NCBI RefSeq assembly: GCF_002113885.1
Contig: NW_018408821.1
Coordinates: 1,176,135-1,240,134, forward strand
Source of the DNA: Mizuhopecten yessoensis
Taxonomy: Eukaryota
Direction: 5' to 3'
Length of the DNA stretch: 64,000 bases
This document shows positions 48,501 through 60,935 of the stretch, in pieces. The position numbers were made by a program, and so were the translations under genes. The notes beneath the pieces were generated by a model. It was not told the DNA's origin, did no database searches, and saw nothing but the letters and a program-made list of their open reading frames with translations. Within the stretch, counting starts at the first letter, position 1. Each line of letters opens with the position of its first letter.

Positions 48501-50790
48501 AGACACGTAGATAGTTGTTAGGGCAGACACGTAGATAGTTGTTAGGGCAGACATGTAGATAGTTGTTAGGGCAGCCACGTAGATAGTTGTTAGGGCAGAC
48601 ACGTAGATAGTTGTTAGGGCAGACACGTAGATAGTTGTTAGGGCAGACACGTAGATAGTTGTTAGAGTAGACACGTAGATAGTTGTTAGGGCAGCCACGT
48701 AGATAGTTGTTATGACAGACACGTAGATAGTTGTTAGGGAAGACATGTAGATAGTTGTTAGGGCAGACACGTAGATAGTTGTTAGGTCAGACATGTAGAT
48801 ACTTGTTAGGGCAGACATGTAGGTAGTTGTTAGGGCAGATACGTAAATAGTTGTTAGGGCAGACACAGATAGTTGTTAGGGCAGACCCGTAGATAGTTGT
48901 TAGGGCTGACACGTAGATAGTTGTTATGGCAGACATGTATATAGTTGTTAGGGCAGACATGTAGATTGTTGTTAGGGCAGACATGTAGGTAGTTGTTAGG
49001 GCAGATACGTAGATTGTTGTTAGGGCAGCCACGCAGATAGTTGTTAGGGCAGACACGTAGATAGTTGTTCGGGCAGCCACGCAGATAGTTGTTAGGACAA
49101 ACACTTGGATAGTTGTTTGGGCAGACACGTAGTTAGTTTTTAGGGCAGACACGTAGATAGTTGCTAGGGCAGACACGTAGATAGTTGTAGGGAAGACACG
49201 TAGATAGTTGTTAGGGTAGACACGTAGATAGTTGTTAGGGCTGACACGTAGATAGTTGTTAGGGCTGACACGTAGATAGTTGTAAGTGCAGACACGTAGA
49301 TAGTTGTTAGAGCAGCCACGTAGATAGTTGTTAGGGCAGACACGTAGATAGTTGTAGGGAAGACACGTAGATAGTTGTTCGGGCAGCCACGTAGATAGTT
49401 GTTAGGACAAACACTTTGATAGTTGTTTGGGCAGCCACGTAGATAGTTGTTAGGGCAGACACGTAGATAGTTGTTAGGGCAGACACGTAGATATTTGTTA
49501 GGGCTGACACGTAGATAGTTGTAAGTGCAGACACGTAGATAGTTGTTAGGGCAGATACGTAGATAGTTGTTCGGGCAGCCACGTAGATAGTTGTTAGGGC
49601 AGCCACGTACATAGTTGTTACTGCAGACATGTAGATAGCTGTTAGGGCAGACACGTAGATAGTTGTTAAGGCAGACACGTAGATAGTTGTTAGGGCAGCC
49701 GCGTAGATAGTTGTTAGGGCAGCCACGTAGATATTTGTTAGGGCTGACACGTAGATTAGAGCAGACACTTTGATAGTTGTTAGGGCAGCCACGTAGATAG
49801 GTGTTAGGGCAGACACGTAGATAGTTGTTAGGGCAGAAACGTAGATATTTGTTAGGGCTGACACGTAGATTAGAGCAGACACTTTGATAGTTGTTAGGGC
49901 AGCCACGTAGATAGCTGTTAGGGCAGCCACGTAGATAGTTGTTATGACAGACACGTAGATAGTTGTTAGGGAAGACATGTAGATAGTTGTTAGGGCAGGC
50001 ACGTAGATAGTTGTTAAGGCAGACACGTAGATAGTTGTTAGGGCAGTCACATAGATAGTTGTCAGGGAAGCCACGTATATAGTTGTTAGGGCAGACACGT
50101 AGACAGTTGTTAGGGCAGCCACGTAGATAGCTGTTAGGGCAGCCACGTAGATAGTTGTTATGACAGACACGTAGATAGTTGTTAGGGAAGACATGTAGAT
50201 AGTTGTTAGGGCAGGCACGTAGATAGTTGTTAAGGCAGACACGTAGTTAGTTGTTAGGGCAGCCACGTAGATAGTTGTTAAGGCAGACACGTAGTTAGTT
50301 GTTAGGGCAGCCACGTAGATAGTTGTTAGGTCAGCCACGTAGATAGTTGTTAGAGCAGACACTTTGATAGTTGTTAGGGCAGCCACGTAGATAGTTGTTC
50401 GGGCAGCCACGTAGATGGTTGTTAGGGCAGACACGTAGATATTTGTTAGGGCAGACACGTAGATAGTTGTTCGGGCAGACACGTAGATAGTTGTTCGGGC
50501 AGACACGTAGATAGTTGTTCGGGCAACCACGTAGATAGTTGCTAGGGCAGCCACGTAGATAGTTGTTAGGGCAGCTACGTAGATAGTTGTTAGGGCAGCC
50601 ACGTACATATTTGTTACTGCAGACATGTAGATAGTTGTTAGGGCAGCCACGTAGATAGTTGTTAGGTCAGCCACGTAGATAGTTGTTAGAGCAGACACTT
50701 TGATAGTTGTTAGGGCAGCCACGTAGATAGGTGTTAGGGCAGACACGTAGATAGTTGTTAGGGCAGCCACGTAGATATTTTTAAGGGCAA
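45598..50790. repeat. 24-bp tandem array (~215 units) with a homogeneous core and diverged flanks
   Basis: Unit gtagatagttgttagggcagacac; invariant from ~45891 to ~48553, variant units on both sides. Confidence 0.98.
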
Positions 50791-50960
50791 CCAAGGACAG
50801 ATTAGGAATAAATGTTGATATGAACGGCATCTCGCGTGTCAAGGTCAATTAAGGTACTGTGATTTTCTCGTGGCGTTTGTCGTCTGCTGAGTGAGATTCT
50901 TTTATGGTTTATCGTTACCAAAACCGAAATCGTGAATTTCGGTCCTTGTCGTCTACTTAC

Positions 50961-51195
50961 GGGAGATTTTAGAACTTGATATGTTGTCCCTATTGTAACA
51001 CTTACATTGTAGTAGACAAATTTCTTCATATAAAACCTTGTCAATATTTTCAGAGAATTTTTTGATAGTATCTGTATATATCATGTTAAGCTTTTTCATC
51101 AAAGATTCAATTTTTGAGTTTCCAAGGTAACGTTTTCCTCTCGAAAGTACAACACGCAACAGTAATAGAAAATAAATCCATTCTTTCACTAGCAT
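50961..51195 (-). CDS. Candidate first coding exon of a secreted protein
   Basis: ATG with A at -3, signal-like MLVKEWIYFLLLLRVVLS, 78 codons plus 1 nt, then a consensus donor gtaagt at 50960-50955 (phase 1). No recognisable domain. Confidence 0.3.
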
Positions 51196-54181
51196 TATTA
51201 TTATAGTATAACCTGGAGCAATATTTTCAAAGAGATATGGCGGGTTGCTATGCCTATTTCCCCAAAGCTATGTTTCGCTAGTGTGAGCTTCCAACCGTGC
51301 ACTGTTATGACGCGTCCTCATGTATTTTTTATACAGGTAGCAATATCGGAATCCCGTGTCTAAGAATGGATTATTGTAAACAGACCACACATTTGGTATT
51401 TCGGCATTATTTGTTGGTGTTACTACTTGATATGATTACTATTGCCAGTTGGAGGGTAAAACAATTCATAAATTTCATCAAAAATAATGTCTTACCTACA
51501 AAGCGTAGCTGTACAGTAGTACACGTGTACAGGGATTTGTTGACATGCTTCGATAGAAGTATGTCGCACTAAATAGTAAAGAAATTATTACTAACAAAAC
51601 TGATAAATCAATAGGTATGTTATTAAAATGTAAACAAAATCTTCCATCGATTTAAAAAAAACACCATTGCCTTATTAAGGAAATTGATCACATGCCTAAA
51701 TAATTTTTTTAAAAAAAGGAAGGAGGTTTCGAACCTGCACCGTTTATTTTCCCAGTCGTAAGTAAACTGCGTTACACATTCCGCTACATAGAACATATAG
51801 GTTTTGGCAATTACAAACTTATTTAACCCGAAACACAGCTGTCGCAGTTTAGAGAAACTTGATCACCCCTGTTTTTCATTATTTTGAGCACTTTCCCAAA
51901 GGAGGACCACTTTTCCTTAATACGATTTGTTTTTGCATATTACATCACGGTCACAAAAAGTTTATTCAAAAGTTGGTCCTCGGATGGGAAAGTGTTGAAA
52001 GTATTTTTTTAAGTCCGGGAAACCCCTTCACTTTCATAGATATAGTGTATATGGCTATATTTGCAGTATCATATTAGTAATATCTAATTTCTCAGCTGTT
52101 TAAAAATTAATATTCAATTGGTTTTGTATCTTTTGCATTCATTTTTTCTACACGAAATGTTTTACTCCTTAATGTTTGTTTCCCGTTTTCATAAATGACG
52201 ACTTAGGGAAATACGGGCAGTTTTCCGCCATACCCATTTGTATTGTCAAATAACACCTTTTATACTACTTTGAATTTACGACAGACATCTTCAACACTAG
52301 ATATTTGAAACAAAAACATTACCAGTCCTTAATCGAAAGCCTTGTCCTTTCAAATACTAAAAGGTTTTACTTTAAACGTATAGTGACAATTACAATACAC
52401 TGTCCTTATTTTATCCATTACAGTCAACCGACGGTAATGTTCTGGCAAAATCGAAAGTTAAATGCCACTGGTAGTTCGGATACATTACGAGTGATTTCGC
52501 TCAAAATGAATGGTATATTGAAATGTTACAATGCTGCATAACAATTGATCATGTAAAATATATATGCAATATAACGAACAAACGGGATGAACAGATACCC
52601 AAAACACATAAACTAATCTACCATCCGTTAACGCATTTGGAATAAATACTTTGCTACACTGTATATATAAATGAGTTTGTCTGGTTATTGTCGTCATTTA
52701 CCAATTATTAAAAGTGTGAAAAGGCGCTGTATTAAAATGGGTCCACGCGTTTTGAATCGCCACATTAACACATTAAGACCTTCAGTTTTTTTAAGGATCG
52801 ACCAAATAAAGCAGATACGGAACAATTGATATCTGTGATAGGAGCTTAATCGGATAAACAGTATCTCACCTGTTAAAGCCACCGATAGCGGTCACTAGTT
52901 AATGTTAAGTGAAATCACATCATAAAACCAGCGATATTACTCTTTGTTCAATTAGTGAAAGTGTCGAACCCAACCAATCGTTAAGACCTGGGTGTCTGTG
53001 GTAGCGCACTAGTCGTTATCTTGTACATCGCCGTGTCAGCGTGGCAATGCCATACGACATTAGTGTGGGCTGAGTGGCAAGTTTGAATATGTTATCCCTA
53101 CGTTACTGATTAAACATGATGATAGTGTTGCAATAATCTAGGAAAAAACAAGTGTCGTCTGTAAATAAAAATTGACAGACCGTTTCCATGTTTCGCCTAT
53201 CACGAGGCGTAAGGAAGTGTTTCCTGTGCGACACCTTGTTACCAATGCGCTTTTAAAAATATACATAAACTAAAATCTTTAAGATGTTCTTGCAGTTACA
53301 TGTATGATTGGGAGCGGCATTTTCTTATCAAGTCGTATGTATATTGAATGAACAATTCCCTATCATCCAAAAGGCACAATTTTATTTAAATTTACATCTT
53401 TTGTAATTCATTATTGGTGCATACGTATGCACCTTGTATGCTTGAATGTGTAGATATGTCATCTTTTTTTCTGTGGAAGTATCTATACATACATACATAC
53501 GGCGGACCCAATACCAGACTACCTGAATATTGTATAAGCAACATACTTCATCCTGGTTTTGTGCATATGAAAAATAATGAAACAGAAATAATCCTATGTC
53601 CAGCATGAGGAATGACTATGCACTGTAGTGAAGTGAGCCGTTTCACAAATCATTTATAGAGATATGGTTCACTTTTAATTCCTCATATTATCACAAGTAG
53701 CAACACAATGTGTTGTCCTTTACTAGCGTCAGAATCATGGCCAACAGTTTCAAAAGCGGAGTAGGAAGAAAATTGTAAAAGAACAGCTAAAAACCAACGT
53801 TGGCTGTAAGGACGCCTTTGCAATTAAGTTATCTTACAGCACGGTCCTTCTTTGAAACATCAAATTATAACAGAGCATGTATCTGAGTGGTCGATATCTC
53901 GTCTCTATAACGCGTCATGTGGTAGAAGGTGGGTCCCAAACACTGTCTACGAATCCGCGCTCCTCCCCCAGGTAGGCAGTCTACATCACTACACCCTCAT
54001 AGATAATGTTACAAGAAGCCTTATGTGGCGACACGACTACATACCCATCATTGAAGCTGAATTAACATTCCTGACTGAAACGTTGTGAGTTGGCATTACA
54101 CCCTTCACATCAAAGTCGGTAAACAAACATCTCCAGCAGAAGAGTAAAACATCATTATCCTACTAAGCCTGGACATTTGAT

Positions 54182-55280
54182 TCAAACCTATCAAACCTAT
54201 CAAACCAAACCTACAAACCTATCAAACCTACAAACCTATCAAACCAAACCTATCAAACCTATCAATCCTACAAACCTATCAAACCTACAAACCTATCAAA
54301 CCTACAAACCTATCAAACCTACAAACCTACAAACCTATCAAACCTACAAACATATCAAACCTATCAAACCCTATCAACCTTATCAAACCTATTAAACCTA
54401 CAAACCTATCAAACCTACAAACCTACAAACCGATCAAACCGATCAAACCTATCAAACCTACAAACCTATCAAACCTACAAACATACAAACCTATCAAACC
54501 AAACCTATTAAACCTACAAACCTATCAAACCAAACCTATCAAACCAAATCTATCAAACCTATCAAACCTACAAACCTATCAAACCTATCAAACCTATCAA
54601 ACCTACAAACCTACAAACCTCTCAAACCTATCAAACCAAACCTACAAACCTATCAAACCTATCAAACCTACAAACCTATCAAACCTACAAACTTATCAAA
54701 CCTATCAAACCTATCAAACCAAATCTACAAACCTATCAAACCTACAAACTTATCAGACCAAACCTATCAAACCTATCAAGCCTACAAACCTACAAACCTA
54801 TCAAACCTACAAACCTATCAAACCTATCAAACCTATCAAACCAAACCTACAAACCTATCAAACCTACAAACTTATCAGACCAAACCTATCAAACCTATCA
54901 AGCCTACAAACCTATCAAACTTCTCAAACCTATCAAACCTATCAAACCAAACCTTCAAACCTATCAAACCTACAAACCTATCAAGCCTACAAACCTATCA
55001 AACCTACAAACCTATCAAACCTATAAAACCTATCAAACCTATCAAACCAAACCTACAAACCTATCAAACCTACAAACCTATCAAACCTATCAAACCAGAC
55101 CTACAAACCTATCAAACCTACAAACCTATCAAACCAAACCTATCAAACCTATCAAACCTATCAAACCAAACCTACAAACCTATCAACCCTATCAAACCAG
55201 ACCTACAAACCTATCAAACCTACAAACCTATCAAACCAAACCTACAAACCTATCAAACCACCTATCAAACCTATCAAACA
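54182..55280. repeat. Compound simple repeat of 9-, 8- and 5-bp units
   Basis: Mixed aaacctatc, aaacctac and aaacc units. Confidence 0.97.
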
Positions 55281-56188
55281 TATGATAACAAATGAGTTTC
55301 CGTCATAAAAGTCCTTCCACCTCTTGACTTGTCCGCGACAGCCTTCAGTTAAGAATTACAATAGTCAATGTCAAGTTAATCACCTGTTTATCTTTATATT
55401 TTGATATGTATGTAAACAAGCCTTTCAATTTCCAATCACCAACTATGTCTGGTCATTCGTAGCGACGCGACAAATAGGCTCATTGCAGATATAGAATCGA
55501 CAAAAATTGAGAATAATCAATTACATTTGTAAGGCGAACAATGGACACGAGTACTGTAACATTTGCTATTAATCTGTCTACCCTATAGTTTAGACAATGT
55601 GAAAGAAATACTGTGAGGTTAATCTTAAAGTTAACAATGCTAATTTAACAAAGAAGCATACAATTAGAAGCATATAACTTGAACAATAAAGTGTATCAAA
55701 CGCCCCTCACTTTACAGGACCAAATCAATAATTAATTCAATGACCGATGATAATAGTTTAATGGTCATGTTCATTTGATATATCCAAACACCTCCGGTTT
55801 CTGCATATATTGTATTAATGAAAACTTATTCAGTCAAAAAAAGCACAGTCACCGGATATTACATATGTAAGTTACATCTTATATCCGATAACGCCAAACA
55901 TTCCGGTGAATCGAAGATTTTTTTTGTTTTGAATTTATTAGCTATTTAAATCAATTTCAAGTAAAATGTCACGTATAATATAAGACTATTTAGTTTCGTA
56001 TTTGTAACGGGATGTGTATAGAATTTGTCTTGAGATCAATATACGCCACGTGCGGAGGATATATCACTACACAGTATTAGTAATGGATGCTTTGCGAAAA
56101 CGGAAATCACATGTAGTCGGTAACATCACAACGTCACAGGGTGCCTTTTCACGGAGGAGAGGTATATCCTTACGCCTTCCGGAGGCTG

Positions 56189-56407
56189 TATAAAACTACG
56201 GTAGTTACTGACTAGCTCTGTACGACTTATACATTAAGCTGCCATCTGTTAAACAGGCATTGAAATGAGACGTAAGACACAACAGGGACCCATCGCCAGC
56301 TAACAGGACTCTTGGAAGACATTAACTAAAGGATCTCATCGAATAAGGACTCACTTCAAAGACTTTGTGATTATTATTCAACGCTTTTTAACTTTTCAAA
56401 GGTAAGT
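56189..56407 (+). promoter_or_regulatory. Candidate TATA promoter and first (probably non-coding) exon with splice donor
   Basis: TATAAAA at 56189-56195, ~180 nt of GC-richer sequence, AAG|GTAAGT at 56401/56402, then abruptly AT-rich intron-like DNA. Confidence 0.4.
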
Positions 56408-59400
56408 GATTTAAATATTTTTAAGATTTTCTTGTAAAATCTTAGCAAACGTTTTTAAATAACTTTCAAAAAATACATTCTAATTGCTTAAGGAGTGTTG
56501 CAAATACCACGTATGGTTGTGTTTTAACAATTATGATAAAATACTTAAATGTTCAAAATTTAAGTTTTTCAATTAATATTCTATTTGATATACAATGTGA
56601 AAATTTGTATTTTAAATTGTTTTAATTGATAAATTTTCATTTTAAATTAATATCGATTCGCCATTCTGATACTGAACTCTTCTTCTGGTTCCAAAAATTA
56701 TGGGTTAAAAAACTGACAATGCGTATAATTAAAGATAAAATGATGGTGTTACTTTTCCTAGTTTCCATAGTGTTTTTATGGAGGTTTTTTTAAGTTTGTG
56801 TCCTTGTGTGTTGAGGTTGTGGTGAATCTTTAACCATTTGTTTTATTTCTGGACTTTTTGTGACAAAAATTACTTTCGATAAAATTAATGGAACACTGAC
56901 AACATCCAATAAATAACACAACAGATTCAGCTAGTGATAAGAAGATTTTTTAAAACGATGTAATCTTTTAAATTTATGTTCTCTGTGTGCTGATTTCTGT
57001 GTCAACAAGGCGGTCTTTTAACTTCCACGATAATGACTTATTATGTCCAAACGCTAACAAAACTTCAAAGCAGTAAAATCAGTTAAATATGGACATGCTC
57101 ATATCATTGGCTTTGTCGGCGTTATGGCCAGCTAAATACAAAGACGATTAAAGCAATGACGTCGAGATGACAATGCTCATATCATGGAAGAAGCGAATTA
57201 TTCAATACTTTTAATGAATTCTTTGGAAATTTACCAGTAATTGCAGATGTTCCATTTGTTTAATTTGAAAGCCATTACCTGCATTTTTCCTATCTCAAAT
57301 AAAATGATAAACAATTCGTTAAAGTCTTAATCTTTAAATTATTGCTGCTTGCACATTGGTGAATATATCCCTTGCCTCACAAAATCAATTCATGTAAGCT
57401 GCTTTATACTCGTAATAATTACCAATAAAGAATGTTTTTTCGATTGTGTTTGTTGAAATCCGGATTTTGAGTTCTTAATAAGGTGACATATTATACGTTA
57501 TCAACTCCAAAACATGAATGATTGAATACATTCCTGTCGAAACTTTTACAAGTAAATGTTATAGGATGCCTAAACAATGAAGACCCATAGCAATCTGACC
57601 TGCCTTATTGCATGCGTTTGCATAAAATTGTTGTTCAATTGTCTTCATTAATCTTGTAACCAATAAATAATCGTGTATTAATTACGTGTGAAAACTACAC
57701 CAAATAGAAATAACGTTAAACAATGAAGAGAAATTTATCCTCCAGATTTCAATTAATTCCTGTATAAATTAACAAAAATCTGTGAAAGAGACTGCAACAG
57801 AAGATATCATCTTAGTTTCAATAATGTTGTTTCAGTAACCATCGGTATTCATTTCAATTATATCTCATATATATATATATATATAAAAAAAAAAAAATGT
57901 CTGTGTATGCTATTTCCTTAATTTGTTTTCCATGTTCCTATCAATTGGGTATATCAAATTTTTCCTTTCCCCATGTTACCCTATCCCATCTTCCCCTATT
58001 GGATATCAAATCTTTAAAACTACTCCGCGTATAATAAAAAGACATTACTTAACTATATTGGAGATCTCATTCATCGATGAACACTGCATCCCAAGAGGAA
58101 AATACACTATTGAAAAGTGCAAAAGGATCGAATTTCGAAACTGAGTTTTTCACTTCAACTTGTCGTGAAGAACCGAGAAATGACAAGTATGTAAAGTGAA
58201 TGACGACAGTTCGGTGCTAGGAAACAATATCACTGTTGTATTAAAAATAGACATAGGTCGGTAAACCTTGTCGATCATGGTGTGTATGACATATATAGCA
58301 TTAGACTTGTTACTTGAAATCGCGCTAATACAAATTGATTCTCGATTTCAATGGAAATAATTGTCTAACCTTTTAACTCGTTTGCATTTTAGTACTACAC
58401 CGGTGTAAATGGTATGTGAGGTTTTCGAGTCTGGATAAAGTAAGTTGTTACTATTCAATAACTCATTATATAGCCAACCTTAGAAATGTTGAAAAAGCAA
58501 AATCGTGAAAAACTTGATATTTGTAAAAAAATAAAAAGGCTTGCATCTATCTTCATCCTAGCATTTAGGGAGCCCTATCTCGTCTTAATGGATTTATATA
58601 TAGCTTTGTTGCTCACAAAAGGACATACAAAATGTATACCAGTTGGTGTGTAAGTAATATAAATCTTATTATATAACAGTTATTATATTTTTATCGCCAG
58701 GTCTATAACAGCGAAAGCTATACATAACTATATAATGCACAGAAAAGTACTGTTTACCTTTCTTTTCTTGAAGCGTACTGGTTTTATTATTATTGCACCG
58801 GGTAAATTTTTCTATTTTCTATATGTCTTTACAGTCAAAATATCGTGAGACCAGACTTCAATTTCGAAATAGATTGATAAGAATTGTATCTTTTTAATTC
58901 TTTTTTCAAAGTCTGGATGATTTTCAGTTTAAGAAGTTTACCGTATCATTACATAGCAACCAGCTTAAAGTAAGAAAAATGCTGACAGATCGAATAGTTA
59001 ACCTTACAGTTTATGGTAAAAAGGCAAAAACGTCAACTTTCTGTTAACATAGATCTTTTATTTTTATGCATCTGAAATTTAACTTATTCGATTTAGATTG
59101 TTAAGCTAGTATGCGATTTTTAGTCAATATTGATAACTACAAATACGTACGTGTCTTAGCAATAAGGAAATTACTGACATCACGTTTAGCAACATTAAAT
59201 TAAGACAGAGTTGTCCGTACAGTTCGATGCATTGTAGGTCGTCAGCAATAATTATTTGTCTTAACAATAAGGCGTTTGATGTATCAGCAAGAATACCTAG
59301 TTTTGCATTGAGTATGGAGCTTCATGTATTGGCATCAATGCCTAATTATCTCGTGACAACTAGACGTGTGTTTTGTGAGCATTAACAAACTGTTATTTCA

Positions 59401-59507
59401 GCAATAAGTTGTCTGGTATTTAAATTTTACGGCTAGATGTCTTTTAACACGGTGTATGGTGTGTCAGGACTAATAAAGAACTGAACTCGTAATAAGAGGT
59501 CTTGTGT

Positions 59508-60935
59508 GTCAGCATGAATAAATATTCGACATCGTCAATAATAACTGTTCGACCAATAAGGCGTCTTGTGTGTCAGCATTATAAACTAACTATACAACCA
59601 ATAAGGCGTCTTGTGTGTCAGCATTATACACTAGCTATACAACCAATAAGGCGTCTTGTGTGTCAGCATTATAAACTAACTATGCAACCAAAAAGGCGTC
59701 TTGTGTGTCAGCATTATAAACTAACTATCCAACCAAAAAGGCGTCTTGTGTGTCAGCATTATAAACTAAATATACAACCAATAAGGCGTCTTGTGTGTCA
59801 GCATTATAAACTAACTATCCAACCAAAAGGGCGTCTTGTGTGTCAGCATTATACACTAACTATACAACCAATAAGGCGTCTTGTGTGTCAGCATTATAAA
59901 CTAACTACATGTATACAACCAATAAGGCGTCTTGTGTGTCAGCATTATAAACTAACTATACAACCAATAAGGCGTCGTGTGTGTCAACATCATAAACTAA
60001 CTATACAACCATTAAGGCGCAATATTCGACATCGTCAATAATAACTGTCCAACCAATAAGGCGTCTTGTGTGTCAGCATTATACACTAACTATACAACCA
60101 ATAAGGCGCATTATTCGTCATCTTCAATAATAACTGTCCAACCAAAAAGGCGTCGCGTGTGTCAGCATTATAAACTAACTATACAACCAATAAGGCGTCG
60201 TGTGTGTCAGCATTATAAACTAACTATACAACCAATAAGGCGTCGTGTGTGTCAGCATTATAAACTACCTATACAACCAATAAGGCGTCGCGTGTGTCAG
60301 CATTATAAACTAACTATACAACCATTAAGGCGTCTTGTGTGTCAGCATTATACACTAACTAAACAACCAATAAGGCGCATTACTCGTCATCTTCAATAAT
60401 AACTGTCCAACCAAAAAGGCGTCTTGTGTGTCAGCATTATAAACTAACTATACAACCAATAAGGCGTCTTGTGTGTCAGCATTATAAACCAACTATACAA
60501 CCAATAAGGCGTCTTATGTGTCAGCATTATACACTAACTATACAACCAAAAAGGCGTCTTGTGTGTCAGCATTATACACTAACTATACAACCAAAAAGGC
60601 GTCGTGTGTGTCAGCATTATAAACTAATTATACAACCAATAAGGCGTCGTGTGTGTCAGCATTATAAACTAACTATACAACCAAAAAGGCGTCTTGTGTG
60701 TCAGCATTATACACTAACTATACAACCAATAAGGCGTCGTGTGTGTTAGCATTATAAACTAACTATACAACCAAAAAGGCGTCTTGTGTGTCAGCATTAT
60801 AAACTAACCACATGTATACAACCAATAAGGCGCATTATTCGTCATCGTCATTAATAACTGTCCAACCAAAAAGGCGTCGTGTGTGTCAGCATTGTAAACT
60901 AACTATACAACCAATAAGGCGTCTTGTGTGTCCGC
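59508..60935. repeat. 45-bp minisatellite interleaved with a 44-bp variant unit
   Basis: A unit ccaataaggcgtcttgtgtgtcagcattataaactaactatacaa; B unit ccaataaggcgcattattcgtcatcttcaataataactgtccaa. Confidence 0.97.

Noticed and set aside
45594-50848. 1090-, 129- and 505-aa VSALTTIY-repeat ORFs
   Set aside because: By-product of a 24-bp unit lacking stops in that frame. Frame-breaking 1-2-nt deletions occur in the flank, there is no codon-position bias in the invariant core, and no non-repeat domain.
54177-54395. QTY/KPI low-complexity ORF
   Set aside because: Translation of the simple repeat.
59502-60749. IQPIRRLVCQHYKLT-repeat ORFs and a CRISPR-like appearance
   Set aside because: The frame is broken by 44-bp units and 4-bp insertions. 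There are no unique spacers and no cas genes, and the context is eukaryotic.
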